Assembly: GCA_051003195.1 (NCBI GenBank)
Contig: JBPCLP010000039.1
Span: forward strand, 96,783-160,782
Direction of reading: 5' to 3'
Source of the DNA: Candidatus Sumerlaeaceae bacterium
GTDB taxonomy: Bacteria; Sumerlaeota; Sumerlaeia; Sumerlaeales; Sumerlaeaceae
Length of the DNA: 64,000 nt
Shown here: positions 18,887 to 30,278 of the stretch, in pieces
How the letters are laid out: the number at the start of each line of letters is the position of its first letter
How positions within the stretch are numbered: the first letter of the stretch is position 1
Position numbers and translations under genes: made by a program
The notes under the pieces: model-generated
What the model was told of the DNA's origin: nothing
The model's input: the letters and a program-made list of their open reading frames with translations, nothing else
Databases searched by the model: none

Positions 18887-19201
18887 AGTAGATGAGCTGT
18901 TAATGCGGTTTTGTGCCGTACAAGTAAATTACACGTTCGCTTTGGAACACCTGCGGGCAGCATTCGTACACACTTGTACGGCGCTGAACGATACTCCGGC
19001 AGGCTAACTTTCACGTTTTCAAAGTCCCATCGTGCACGCAGCACGCGGCGCTGTTCTTGCCTAAGCCAGGCCCGCCGGTTGTAGCGTGACATCAGTCTTC
19101 CTCTGCGGGGAGCAGGACTGCGAAAGGCAGTGAACTCGGCAGCACCGTCCAGTTACGCAGCAAGCAAGGCACGAAGATAAATCTGCTGGAGGTTCACCCG
19201 C

Positions 19202-20029
19202 ATGTATAGTCCGAAGAGATTAACGTGGGTACTTGCTTTTGCAACACTCACCAGTTTCGCAGGTGCCGCGGAGGGCACCACATTCACGCAGGCGTGGGGC
19301 GTCGGGGAAGTTGCGATTAACGATCGGCGCATCCTGGATCTCACAGGCCAGTACGATCTGGTTGGGACGAGCCACTCCCTGCACTTAAGAATCGTGCAGG
19401 ACAGGCGGGGCCGGCTTCTCACGAGCGCGACCCTGACCAACAATTTCGACAACGTAACCACGAGCTTCCCGATGATGGGTGGTATCCATGCAAACGGGAA
19501 GTCACCGTTGGTACTGGAACTGGCTGGAGCGCGCAGGCCACCACAGCCACCCCCCGGTGATGCGGTGAATCCTCCTCCCCCCAGGCATGGAATCGGCGCA
19601 ACCATTCGCGGCCGGCTTGTCGGGAATCATTTCCACGTTTTTGTGGAGGTTCGTGGGCCGCGCGGTGGATCGCGTTTCCAGGCTGACCTGACCCCGGAAA
19701 ACCAGGCACGCGGAGCAATAGTTTCCGATGCACCAGCGCTCCAGGGACCCAATGGCGGACTCGCCACAACACGCACCGTTACTTTGCCTTCTCACGTTTA
19801 TCACCTGCGTGGCGTGGAAGTGCGCCGCGGGATTGCCGACAGGCTCACGATCGGGGCGCCACCACCACGACGCACGCTGAACTTCAATCCGCCGCCGCCA
19901 TTTGGCATGGATCTTCAGGGTGCCATCACGGATACGGATCAGTTCCGCCGCCGCAAGAATATCGTCCGTATCGGATACGGAAACCTCGACAGCACCTCGG
20001 GGACATTGGTGACGCATACCACGTTCTAG
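19202..20029 (+). CDS. Secreted hypothetical protein with Pro-rich inserts
   Basis: GGAGG RBS, signal peptide, followed by a hairpin; no recognisable domain. Confidence 0.7.
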   Translation: MYSPKRLTWVLAFATLTSFAGAAEGTTFTQAWGVGEVAINDRRILDLTGQYDLVGTSHSLHLRIVQDRRGRLLTSATLTNNFDNVTTSFPMMGGIHANGKSPLVLELAGARRPPQPPPGDAVNPPPPRHGIGATIRGRLVGNHFHVFVEVRGPRGGSRFQADLTPENQARGAIVSDAPALQGPNGGLATTRTVTLPSHVYHLRGVEVRRGIADRLTIGAPPPRRTLNFNPPPPFGMDLQGAITDTDQFRRRKNIVRIGYGNLDSTSGTLVTHTTF

Positions 20030-20057
20030 TCGGGATTACATCGCGAGGATCATCAAC

Positions 20058-20085
20058 AGGTGGAGCTCCCAACGGAGCTCCACCT
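20058..20085. terminator. Hairpin terminator between convergent genes
   Basis: AGGTGGAGCTCC-CAAC-GGAGCTCCACCT, 12-bp perfect stem. Confidence 0.7.
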
Positions 20086-20211
20086 TTGTGTATCTGGGGT
20101 TAATCCGGGACGTCCAGACTTGAAGCGCGAAGCCATGCTGCCCTTTTAAATACTCGATACGATGCACCCGATGCGGGGTACCAACTGGCCGTTATACTCT
20201 AAAGAAGTGCC

Positions 20212-21942
<1,731 letters not shown>

Positions 21943-22041
21943 CTACTCCGACTACCACCTGAAATCAACGGTCTGCAAAACACCCGAGCTTTTTTCTAAA
22001 TACGTTCTTACAGCCGGAATAGTGAGCCGTGGCAATTACCA

Positions 22042-22139
22042 CTAGTGTGCCGAATCAAGCTCCAATCCAGTTTTGGCGGGGAAGTCGAGCCTGATTCGGC
22101 ACACAGAAGTGATTACGAATTAACGGTAGTCCACACGAG
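22042..22139 (+). repeat. Family A ~100-bp hairpin element (MITE-like)
   Basis: CTAGTGTGCCGAATCA...TGATTCGGCACACAGAAGTGATTACGAATTAACGGTAGTCCACACGAG. Confidence 0.85.
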
Positions 22140-22148
22140 GAGCAGTGC

Positions 22149-22685
22149 ATGGATCGAAGCAGCAGGTTTGGCGTGAAGGACGCCGCCGGAGATAATCCCG
22201 GAGAGTTCATGCTGCTCGCCCTGGTTGTCAGCGTGATGTCCGCGGTCAAAGCGGAAGCTGTGCAGCCGCCCAATTTACACCCGCCGGATCCTGAAGTCGC
22301 AAACCTGCTGGCGCAGTTCCCCTCGCCGTGTGAACAGTTGACGCCGGAGCAGGTTGTGAAGGTTCAGCTCAGCGCGTTTAAGATAAACGACGCGGCTGAC
22401 CAGGGGCTCCGCAAAGCCTACGAATTCGCGTCGCCTGAGAGCCGCATCGTCGCGGGGCCGCTCGAACGCTTCGCCGTCCTCGTTAGAAATCCCGTTTATG
22501 TTCCACTTCTCGGTTTTGAAAACGTGAGTTTCGGCCCGATGCAGGTAATCGCAAATGAAGCAGAACAATGTGTTTCCATCCTGGCATCCAGCGGCGTGGC
22601 CGCAAATTACCGCTTTCGGCTTTCACTCCAGCAGTTCGGCGATTACCTGGGCTGCTGGATGACGGACCGCGTCGAGCCGCTGTAG
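22149..22685 (+). CDS. DUF4864-like protein
   Basis: PEQVVKVQLSAF..ND...AYEFASP...GPLERF..LV...Y and C-terminal GCWMTDRV; start may be 22209. Confidence 0.75.
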   Translation: MDRSSRFGVKDAAGDNPGEFMLLALVVSVMSAVKAEAVQPPNLHPPDPEVANLLAQFPSPCEQLTPEQVVKVQLSAFKINDAADQGLRKAYEFASPESRIVAGPLERFAVLVRNPVYVPLLGFENVSFGPMQVIANEAEQCVSILASSGVAANYRFRLSLQQFGDYLGCWMTDRVEPL

Positions 22686-22697
22686 CTCGTCCCGCCC

Positions 22698-23519
22698 GTG
22701 CCCTCTCGCATGACTCGCATCGGCTTCGTTCAATACAATCCGGTATTCGGTCAGCGCGTCGCAAACTTTAAAACCATCGAGCGCTTTGTGGCAACGGCGT
22801 CACATCCAGACCTGCTCGTTCTTCCGGAGCTCGCGGCCGTGGGATACGAATTTCGCGACTCGGGCGAGGTCGCGCAGTTCGCCGAGGCTGCCGGTGCCGG
22901 CCCCACAACTGATTTGCTTCGTTCCCTGGCGGCGGAATACAGGACAACAATTGTGATGGGCTATCCGGAACGCGAGCGCCATAAACTCTACAATTCCTGC
23001 ATGATGATCCAGCCGGACGGAACCATTACGAACTACCGGAAGATGCACCTGTTCTCGCGTGAGAACGAGCTATTCTCGCCCGGTGATGCCGCTCCACCGG
23101 TGGTGCAGACTTCCTTCGGACGAGTAGGGCTGATGATCTGCTTCGACTGGTTCTTTCCCGAAGTTGCTCGATTATTAACATTGGGGGGCGCGCAGGTAAT
23201 TGCACACCCGTGCAACCTGATTCTCGATCATTGCCAGCGTGCGATGTACGCGCGCAGCGTCGAGAACGGCATTTTCAGCATCACGGCAAACCGCTTCGGC
23301 ACCGAAGAACGAGCCGGGCGAAAGCTCACTTTCACGGGAGCCAGCCAAATCCTGGATCCAAAAGGAAACTGCCTTGCCTCGGGACCCGTCGATTCCGAGT
23401 ACATGCAGGTTGTTGAGGTGAATCTCGACTCGGCCGACAACAAGCAGATCAACGCGCACAATCATCTGCTCAAATCCCGGCGTGTTGAATTGTTCAGCGG
23501 ATTGCTGAACAACAAATAA
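22698..23519 (+). CDS. Carbon-nitrogen hydrolase (nitrilase superfamily)
   Basis: Glu-Lys-Cys triad: VLPEL, YRKMHL, ICFDWFFPE. Confidence 0.93.
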   Translation: MPSRMTRIGFVQYNPVFGQRVANFKTIERFVATASHPDLLVLPELAAVGYEFRDSGEVAQFAEAAGAGPTTDLLRSLAAEYRTTIVMGYPERERHKLYNSCMMIQPDGTITNYRKMHLFSRENELFSPGDAAPPVVQTSFGRVGLMICFDWFFPEVARLLTLGGAQVIAHPCNLILDHCQRAMYARSVENGIFSITANRFGTEERAGRKLTFTGASQILDPKGNCLASGPVDSEYMQVVEVNLDSADNKQINAHNHLLKSRRVELFSGLLNNK

Positions 23520-23521
23520 GA

Positions 23522-24111
23522 CCAGTGTGCCGTCCCCGGAAGTTCATAGCTATACTTCAGGAAGCTGTCGAGCTCGGACGGCACACAAAACCAGTGAACG
23601 AATTAATGGGACACCACACCAGTGTGCCGTCCCTGAAATTCGCGGCATAATTCCAGGATCCCGGCTTTTTGGAATCCGCAGCCGCAAATTTTTTGCACCA
23701 AACAAATTTTCGCGGCGTAATTCAGTTCAGGTTTTTTGCACCGAAGGTGCAGCGGGACATAGCCCAGGGAAAGGAGGCCACGGCTTTTTGTGGCCGACGC
23801 AGCCCTCAGGTTTTTTGCACCGAACAAATTTTCGCGGCGTAGTTCAGTTCAGGTTTTTTGCACCGAAGGTGCAGCGGAACAAAGCCCAGGGAAAGGAGGT
23901 CACGGCTTTTTGTGGCCGACGCAGCCCTGGGTATATCGATCCAATTACATCGCGCCCTGAAAGCGGCGCCGGAAAACGCGCAAATATCGTTACGAATATC
24001 TGGAACACCACACCAGTGTGCCGTCCCTGAAGTTCATAAATATACTTCAGGAAGCTGTCGAGTTCGGACGGCACACAAAACCAGTGAACGAACTAACGGT
24101 AGGCTACCCTA
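23522..24111 (+). repeat. Composite repeat block: three family A elements, the middle one carrying a duplicated family B element
   Basis: A copies at 23522-23622, 23619-24016 (interrupted) and 24013-24111; 122-bp tandem duplication at 23689-23928. Confidence 0.88.
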
Positions 24112-24858
24112 CAGGCCGTACGCCAGCCGTTCCGCCAGTTCGACCGGCAGACCCTGAGTGCGAATTTCATCCTGCGCAGCCGCCAGGTCGTATTCCACCC
24201 GGTGAATTTCGATCCGACCGCCTTCACGGTCGTACACCGCGAAACAGGCATCGGGGTTTCGGTCACGCGGTTGGCCAACGCTGCCGACGTTCACAAGGTA
24301 TCGGCACGCTTCCTTAAGAGAAATCGCGGGCGTGTCAGGACACGCGAGGTTCCCGCTGCTGTTCTCGACAATGAACGGCGTATGGCTGTGGCCGATGAAG
24401 CAAACGCGCTGGCCGAAGTGTTGAAAGCCCTGTCGCGCATCGCCCATGGTAATCACGTAATTCCAACTCTCCGGATTACGCGGTGACGAATGCACGAACA
24501 GCATGTCGGCAGCTTCAATGCTCATGGGCAGTTGGCGTAACCACTTTTCGTTTTCAGATTCCAGCTGAGTGCGTGTCCAGGTGATCGCCCGCTTTGCCAC
24601 TTCGTTAAAATACGTGATGTCGATGAGCGACAATGCCGCGTGATCATGATTGCCCGCAATCGTCGGAATGTCGCGCTCACGTAACACTTCGACGCACTGG
24701 TTCGGATTCCCACCGTAGCCGACGACATCGCCACAGCACACCAGGAAATCGATGTCCATTGTGTCGAGTTCCTGTAAAACCCTTTGAAGTGCCTGAAGAT
24801 TGCCGTGGATGTCCGAGAAAATGCCAACCCTTTTAGGGTTGAGGCCGTCAAACCTCAT
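24109..24858 (-). CDS. Calcineurin-like metallophosphoesterase (putative protein phosphatase)
   Basis: SDIHGN, GDVVGYG, GNHD, GHSH, NVGSVGQPRD. Confidence 0.92.
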   Translation of the reverse strand: MRFDGLNPKRVGIFSDIHGNLQALQRVLQELDTMDIDFLVCCGDVVGYGGNPNQCVEVLRERDIPTIAGNHDHAALSLIDITYFNEVAKRAITWTRTQLESENEKWLRQLPMSIEAADMLFVHSSPRNPESWNYVITMGDARQGFQHFGQRVCFIGHSHTPFIVENSSGNLACPDTPAISLKEACRYLVNVGSVGQPRDRNPDACFAVYDREGGRIEIHRVEYDLAAAQDEIRTQGLPVELAERLAYGL

Positions 24859-26410
24859 AATCTTTCCCGGTAAGTTTCTTAAGCATCTTCGCTGCCTGCC
24901 GGCGTATTACTTCGCTGCGATTCGTAAGGGCTGCCTCCCACAAGGCTATCTCTGATTCCTGGTTGCCAGTTGCTGCACGAGCAACGCTGTCTGCCGGCTT
25001 TATGTCTGATTCCGGCGATGAGACATTGCCGGATTCGCCGACGCGCTCGTCAAAATTGGGCCGCTGTGGCTCTCCCGCGGAGATCGATCCACTTTCTGGC
25101 TCGGCAGGCTGCCGGTCACGGTCGCGTTTCTTTTTCCGGTTTGAACGCCCACCTGACACCGAGACCATCGCTTCTACGGGTGTCTCATGTGCCGGGGCTG
25201 CGGGAGTAAGCGGTACCACCGGCGGTGGCTGTGCCGCATGAAAGACTTCGCTGACAGGCTGATCCACGTTGGCCTCGGCTTCCTCATGCTCTACACCTGC
25301 GTAAACCGGCGCAGGTTCCTCGGCTGCTTCTAAAACTTGCGCCTCTGCAAAGGTGCTCTGGCTGGACGGGAAATCGCTGTCGAGACTCAATACATCCTCG
25401 AGATCTTCAAGGGAGTCCAGGCTCTCCGGCTCGGGCGAGACGCGAGCAGTTGGTTCGTGGTTGCCGTTTCCGTAGGCTGCAGCTTCGCTGTAAACGGGTT
25501 GTGCGCTCTGGCGCGCCTCGGCCCGGGCCACTTCATCGGCGGCAATCGCTTCGCGAGCCATTTCGCCCGTATCGAATACCGGCTCTGCTTCGAAGCTTTC
25601 ATACAGCTTACTATCTTCCTCAGACTGCGCCATGAATGGAGTTTCGACTCCCTTTTCGAGCGGAGCAGATTCATCGCTGTAGCTGATTCCGCTCGAGAAG
25701 ATACTATCTTCCAGTGCCATCTCCTGCGGCACGCGACCACTCGGAATCGCCATCTCGCCGCTATACTGGTAAATGCATCGGGTGTTCCCAAATTCCAGCA
25801 CGTCACCCGCCTGAAGGACCTTTGGCTCCGTGATCTGAACGCCGTTCACCTTCGTACGTTTAAATCCGCCCATGCAGTGAATCTCGTAGTCGCTATTTCC
25901 ACGGCGGATAATCACGGCCTGCTTTTTCGCAAGAAACCAGTCGTCGTTGATCACGATGTCGTTCGAGGGCGACTTTCCTATACTGGTTTCAAATTTGGTG
26001 ACCTGGAATTCCTGGCCCTTCAACTTCCCGTCGCTCACACAAAGCACCGGAACCGGGACACGCTCCACAACCACCGTGCGATCAGCCCCAAACGCATCAG
26101 CGATCATCTTATCCTCATCCACCACCTGGTCGGCAAAATGGAGCTTATGCTTCCCGATGGAAATCACGTCGTCGTTCACAATTTCCGTCTTCGAAACACG
26201 CACACCATTCACATACGTGCCATTCGCACTGTTGAGATCCGTGAGGATATACTTACCGTTTTGTCGACGGACGCGCGCATGATTGCGCGAAACGCTGAGG
26301 TTTTCGACCACAACATCATTGTCCCGGGACCGGCCAATGCTCATTACGTCCTTATCAAAGACGTAAGTCTGCAGCACGTTGTCGCCCAACTTGAGTACTA
26401 ATTCAGGCAT
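24848..26410 (-). CDS. Tandem FHA domain protein with acidic disordered region
   Basis: FHA1 IGRSRDNDVV...VSRNHA...DLNSANGTYVNG; degenerate FHA2 IGKSPSNDIV...AKKQA...TKVNG; stop overlaps phosphoesterase start. Confidence 0.88.
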   Translation of the reverse strand: MPELVLKLGDNVLQTYVFDKDVMSIGRSRDNDVVVENLSVSRNHARVRRQNGKYILTDLNSANGTYVNGVRVSKTEIVNDDVISIGKHKLHFADQVVDEDKMIADAFGADRTVVVERVPVPVLCVSDGKLKGQEFQVTKFETSIGKSPSNDIVINDDWFLAKKQAVIIRRGNSDYEIHCMGGFKRTKVNGVQITEPKVLQAGDVLEFGNTRCIYQYSGEMAIPSGRVPQEMALEDSIFSSGISYSDESAPLEKGVETPFMAQSEEDSKLYESFEAEPVFDTGEMAREAIAADEVARAEARQSAQPVYSEAAAYGNGNHEPTARVSPEPESLDSLEDLEDVLSLDSDFPSSQSTFAEAQVLEAAEEPAPVYAGVEHEEAEANVDQPVSEVFHAAQPPPVVPLTPAAPAHETPVEAMVSVSGGRSNRKKKRDRDRQPAEPESGSISAGEPQRPNFDERVGESGNVSSPESDIKPADSVARAATGNQESEIALWEAALTNRSEVIRRQAAKMLKKLTGKDYEV

Positions 26411-26532
26411 TGCCGACGCCCGTTTCCACATAGGTAAAGGATAGTGTCCGAACTTTATCCCGATTTGACTTGGCGTGTGTCAAAACAATTTCCACCTCAG
26501 GCGAGGCCACGGCCCTTCGGCCGGGAAGCAAA

Positions 26533-28305
26533 TTAAATCGATATCTGGGAATCCTCAGTTTCCAGGCTTTGGCTGGAGCCCTGAACGACTGCCGGCAGGT
26601 GTACGATAAATTCGCTGCCTCGGTTCGGCTGGCTTTTAACGTCGATCGTTCCACCCATCATTTGCACAAATTTCCGGCTCAGGGCCAGCCCAAGTCCTGT
26701 GCCGCCATAGCTGCGCGTAGCCGATGCGTCGGCCTGACTGAATTCCTTGAACAGCTTCGAAAGCTGATCCGTGGCGATGCCAATCCCGGTGTCCAGCACA
26801 GAGATGTTCACCCACTGGGTTCCATTTTCTTTGGTTCGGTTCACGCTCAGCGTAATGGTTCCATTTTCAGTGAACTTGCACGCATTGCTGAGAAGATTAA
26901 TTAGAACCTGCCGAACCTTGATTTCGTCTGCGTGCATCGTGCCGCAGTCGCCAAGGCAACGCGTGAAAAACTTATTATTCCTCTGCTGCGCAAGCGTCGC
27001 AATGGAACTGGAGACCTGGTGGATCAACGGCTCCAGGGCAAAAGCGCTGAGCGTCAGCTCCATTTTGCCTGCTTCGATCTTCGCAAGGTCGAGCACGTCA
27101 TTGATCAAAGCCAGCAGATGCTGCCCGGCGAGAATGATGCGGCGGATGTCTTCGCGCCCTTTTGCATCGACTATCTCGCCAAGTTCTTCCTGCAGGATTT
27201 CTGCATACCCGATGATGGCATTCAACGGGGTGCGCAGCTCATGACTCATGTTCGCCAGGAAAAGCGTCTTCGCGTTGCTCGCTTCGATCGCCTTATCCCG
27301 AGCCTCACCAAGCGTCACGTTCGCTTCCTGCAACACGGCTTCCGCACGCTTCTGCGTGTCGATATCGGTATAAGTGCCCAGCCATTTCAGGATTGAGCCC
27401 GATGAGCTTCGCATCGGCTCAGCGCGGCCGAGAAACCAGCCGTAGCGCTCACCCGGCGTGCAGCGGAAACGCAGTTCCACCTCCAGCGACTGGCCGGAAC
27501 TCAGGCACTCACGCCACCAATCTTCGAAGCGGGGCAGGTCATCCGGGTGCACACTGGTAGCCCAACCCCAGCCCAGTGCACGCTCCATGGGCATGCCGAT
27601 CATCTCAGACCATCGACCGTTGAAATAATCCATCCGGCCTTCGGGTGTAGCCGTCCAGACAATTTGCGGCATCGCCTCCGCAAGAGTGCGGTAACGCAGC
27701 TCATTGCCTTCGGCACGCTCAAGTGCTGCGCGAAGCTCTGCCGTCCGGTCCGCCACCCTGCGCTCCAGCTTTGTGTTGGCCTCGCGCACCGCGTCCTCAG
27801 CTTTACGAAGGTCTGCAATGCTCTGCTCCATCTGCTGTGTGTTGCGGTAGAGTTCGACAAACACCTTTACCTTCGAGCGCATGATCTCCGGCACGTAAGG
27901 CTTGCGTATGAAATCGACCGCACCTTCGGCGTACGCACGAAACACATGGTCCTCGGTCATTTCCGCCGCAGTGACGAAAATGATCGGGGTGTGGCGGGTT
28001 CCCGGTTCAGCGCCTTCCAATTCCCGGATGTGGGCCGCCGTCTCGAGCCCGTCCATCACCGGCATCTGCACGTCGAGAATGACCACCGCGAATTCGCGCT
28101 GCTGGATAAGCTGGAGCGCTTCCTTGCCGGAAGTTGCTCGCACCATTTCTTCTCCCAGCCGTTCCAGCGTCACCTCCAGCGCCAGGAGGTTTGCCGGCGA
28201 GTCGTCCACCAGCAATATCCCTGCACTTGATGTTGGTTGCGTTGTGGTGGCGCCGATGAGCTCGGCCTCCTCTCCCTGCGCAAAAGTTTTCCCGATCAGT
28301 GGCAT
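26533..28305 (-). CDS. Hybrid sensor histidine kinase (REC-PAS-HisKA-HATPase)
   Basis: LLVDD, LDVQMPVMDG; PAS (VHPDD); FLANMSHELRTPLN; NLLSNACKFT, DTGIG, GGTGLGL. Confidence 0.94.
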   Translation of the reverse strand: MPLIGKTFAQGEEAELIGATTTQPTSSAGILLVDDSPANLLALEVTLERLGEEMVRATSGKEALQLIQQREFAVVILDVQMPVMDGLETAAHIRELEGAEPGTRHTPIIFVTAAEMTEDHVFRAYAEGAVDFIRKPYVPEIMRSKVKVFVELYRNTQQMEQSIADLRKAEDAVREANTKLERRVADRTAELRAALERAEGNELRYRTLAEAMPQIVWTATPEGRMDYFNGRWSEMIGMPMERALGWGWATSVHPDDLPRFEDWWRECLSSGQSLEVELRFRCTPGERYGWFLGRAEPMRSSSGSILKWLGTYTDIDTQKRAEAVLQEANVTLGEARDKAIEASNAKTLFLANMSHELRTPLNAIIGYAEILQEELGEIVDAKGREDIRRIILAGQHLLALINDVLDLAKIEAGKMELTLSAFALEPLIHQVSSSIATLAQQRNNKFFTRCLGDCGTMHADEIKVRQVLINLLSNACKFTENGTITLSVNRTKENGTQWVNISVLDTGIGIATDQLSKLFKEFSQADASATRSYGGTGLGLALSRKFVQMMGGTIDVKSQPNRGSEFIVHLPAVVQGSSQSLETEDSQISI

Positions 28306-28389
28306 GGTTACATTAACAAAAAGCCGCCCCATTCGCCGAAACGCAAGCGGGCATTATTGAACGGCTTGGTGTCATTTGCATATGAAGCA

Positions 28390-28483
28390 AGTAATGTGCA
28401 TGAAACGGACATATGTTTCCTCATTGAAACGTACCCTGGCAGTACACAGAACCGAATACGAATTTACGGTAGACCACACTAAG
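28390..28483 (+). repeat. Degenerate family A element
   Basis: Tail ACACAGAACCGAATACGAATTTACGGTAGACCACACTAAG matches the tail at 52731-52769; left end decayed and boundary approximate. Confidence 0.65.
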
Positions 28484-28486
28484 ACA

Positions 28487-28770
28487 CTACGGCGTCTGAC
28501 TTCGCTCCAGTTCCTTCGCGCGTGTAACAAATTGTTCGTCCGTCAGCGTGCGTAGAAATGCGATGAGCGCCTTTTTGTCTTCCGCGGAAAGCTGCATCGG
28601 ACCGCCATGTTTCGCAATGCTGGGATCCAGCGTTTCCGTTTCCGTCACGCCATGGTCGTAGTGGTCGACAATTTCCTCCAGGGTCTTAAACCTTCCATCA
28701 TGCATGTACGGCGCAGTCAGCGCGACATTACGAAGCGAAGGCACTTTGAAGCACCATTTCTCATGACGTC
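28487..28770 (-). pseudogene. C-terminal fragment of a di-haem cytochrome c peroxidase (CcP/MauG/MbnH family)
   Basis: FKVPSLRNVALTAPYMHDGRFKTLEEIVDHY...LSAEDKKALIAFLRTLTD; no CxxCH motif; in-frame stop a few codons upstream and no room for the N-terminal part. Confidence 0.8.
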
Positions 28771-28805
28771 ATCGTCATCGATGCGGACGCGCGCGACACG
28801 GATCG

Positions 28806-28866
28806 CTCCGCAATCCGCATTCAAGAGTACTCCGCACTCCGCACTCCGCAATCCTTTGCATTCCCC
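28806..28866. repeat. Family C heptamer array
   Basis: TCCGCAA TCCGCAT TCAAGAGTAC TCCGCAC TCCGCAC TCCGCAA. Confidence 0.85.
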
Positions 28867-28867
28867 A

Positions 28868-30061
28868 CTAATGGTCGTCGGTATCGTGTCCGCCGTGTGA
28901 GCCGGGATATGTGCCTCGTTCATGGTCGCGGTTGCTTTTCTGGTCCCAGATCGCACCCCAGTCCTTGCGATCCGCACTGGCGAGTATTTCGACGTAATCT
29001 TTGATATCCTGTGCAAGAAGTGGATGCGGCGTGGGGAGCCTTCCCAGATAATCCTCTGCATCGTATCTCGCAGCTTTTGCAATCTGGGTGATCAGGTGTC
29101 GCTGCGTATCAAGGTTTGCCTCCCCCAGGTAGGCAGCCTCAAGCGTCGAAAGAATAGCCTCTCGATTTTCAGGGCCTACTCCGCCTCCTAGAGCGAGAGC
29201 TGCAAGCGAGCGGTTATGCGGGGCAACTTCATGCACAACCGCATCTGCCATCGCTTCAAAAACTTTGCGGCTGAGGGGAGTGTCCTGGTTCCCAATCGTC
29301 TGGATGGCAATGCCACGAACCGCGGCGTCCTCGTTGGCTACCCGCGTCGCCAGAAGCGTTTCGCTGATTGTCTGCTTGAGCGCCGGGTTCTTGCTCATCC
29401 ACGCTCCAAGGCATTCCACAGCCGCGATGCGCAGTTCGTTAGAGGGAGCGTTGCGAGATATCTCAGCCACCTGCTGCTGCAGCTCCGTTGGAATCTTACT
29501 CATGTAACCGAGCGCCGTCAGGGCAGCGCGGCGTTTATCCTGCGAAGGATCATTCAGCGCCATCTTTAACAGGGAGTCGTATGGAAATTTGTCGCCCATC
29601 GCGTCGGCTGCCTGGCCGATGGCCTGCGCAAGCAGGGTCATCAGTGCGGGATCGCTCTCAGCTTCCAGCAATGCGATGGCGTCTTTGACCGAACCGGGAT
29701 CTTTCGAAAGCTGCTCGGTCAGCCGTGCCATGGAGTCGACCAACTTTTGCTCCAGCGTTTCGGCCTCCAGCCGGGCGTGCTCCGCCGCCGTTGTCTCCGG
29801 CCGCGCCATGCGCCCGACGTTCATGTTCGCTTCCGCCAGCCGAACAGTATTGCGCAGCGCATTCACATGAGTCGCGGCGGTTTGCGGTTGCCGTTGTGGC
29901 TGCAGTGGCGTTACCACCGTCGCGGGGTTTTGCTGGGACGACTGTGTAACCCTCGGAGCATGCGGCACTGCTTGCCTGCCACGGCTCCATGCGTAGCCAA
30001 GTATCGCGCCCACACCAGTAATGCATGCGGCTGCGAGGATGATAAGTTTGGCTGAATTCAC
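28868..30061 (-). CDS. Membrane-anchored HEAT-repeat protein
   Basis: GTG 30061 with GGAG RBS; N-terminal TM; repeats such as KRRAALTALG, LRIAAVECLG, VRGIAIQTIG, NRSLAALALG; His-rich tail. Confidence 0.75.
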   Translation of the reverse strand: MNSAKLIILAAACITGVGAILGYAWSRGRQAVPHAPRVTQSSQQNPATVVTPLQPQRQPQTAATHVNALRNTVRLAEANMNVGRMARPETTAAEHARLEAETLEQKLVDSMARLTEQLSKDPGSVKDAIALLEAESDPALMTLLAQAIGQAADAMGDKFPYDSLLKMALNDPSQDKRRAALTALGYMSKIPTELQQQVAEISRNAPSNELRIAAVECLGAWMSKNPALKQTISETLLATRVANEDAAVRGIAIQTIGNQDTPLSRKVFEAMADAVVHEVAPHNRSLAALALGGGVGPENREAILSTLEAAYLGEANLDTQRHLITQIAKAARYDAEDYLGRLPTPHPLLAQDIKDYVEILASADRKDWGAIWDQKSNRDHERGTYPGSHGGHDTDDH

Positions 30062-30083
30062 AGTGACAGCTCCAATCAAGGTT

Positions 30084-30184
30084 CCAGTGCGCCGAATCAG
30101 TAGTTCCTTACCAGACCAAAGGGCAGACTTGACCTCGATTCGGCACACAAAACCAGTGAACTAATTAATGGGACACCACCCCAG
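30084..30184 (+). repeat. Family A element
   Basis: CCAGTGCGCCGAATC...GATTCGGCACACAAAACCAGTGAACTAATTAATGGGACACCACCCCAG. Confidence 0.85.
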
Positions 30185-30225
30185 AGGTGCACCTGCACCA
30201 GCGGCGGTCAGCTAAATCGCAATTT

Positions 30226-30255
30226 GCAGGGGCGACCCAGGCGAGCCGCCCCTGC
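30226..30255. terminator. GC-rich hairpin downstream of the M23 gene (terminator or REP-like)
   Basis: GCAGGGGCG...CGCCCCTGC, 9-bp stem. Confidence 0.45.
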
Positions 30256-30278
30256 GATCAACAGCAGTGAAGCAGGGA

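Noticed and set aside
19095..19200. Riboswitch upstream of the 19202 gene
   Set aside because: Only a small ACTGC-GAAAG-GCAGT hairpin; no match to an aptamer consensus I can recognise.
23522..24111. CRISPR array (also 51295-51483 and 52574-52769)
   Set aside because: At most 2-3 units per site, the would-be spacers are homologous to each other (AGTTC, GAGCTC), copies are dispersed, and no cas genes are present.
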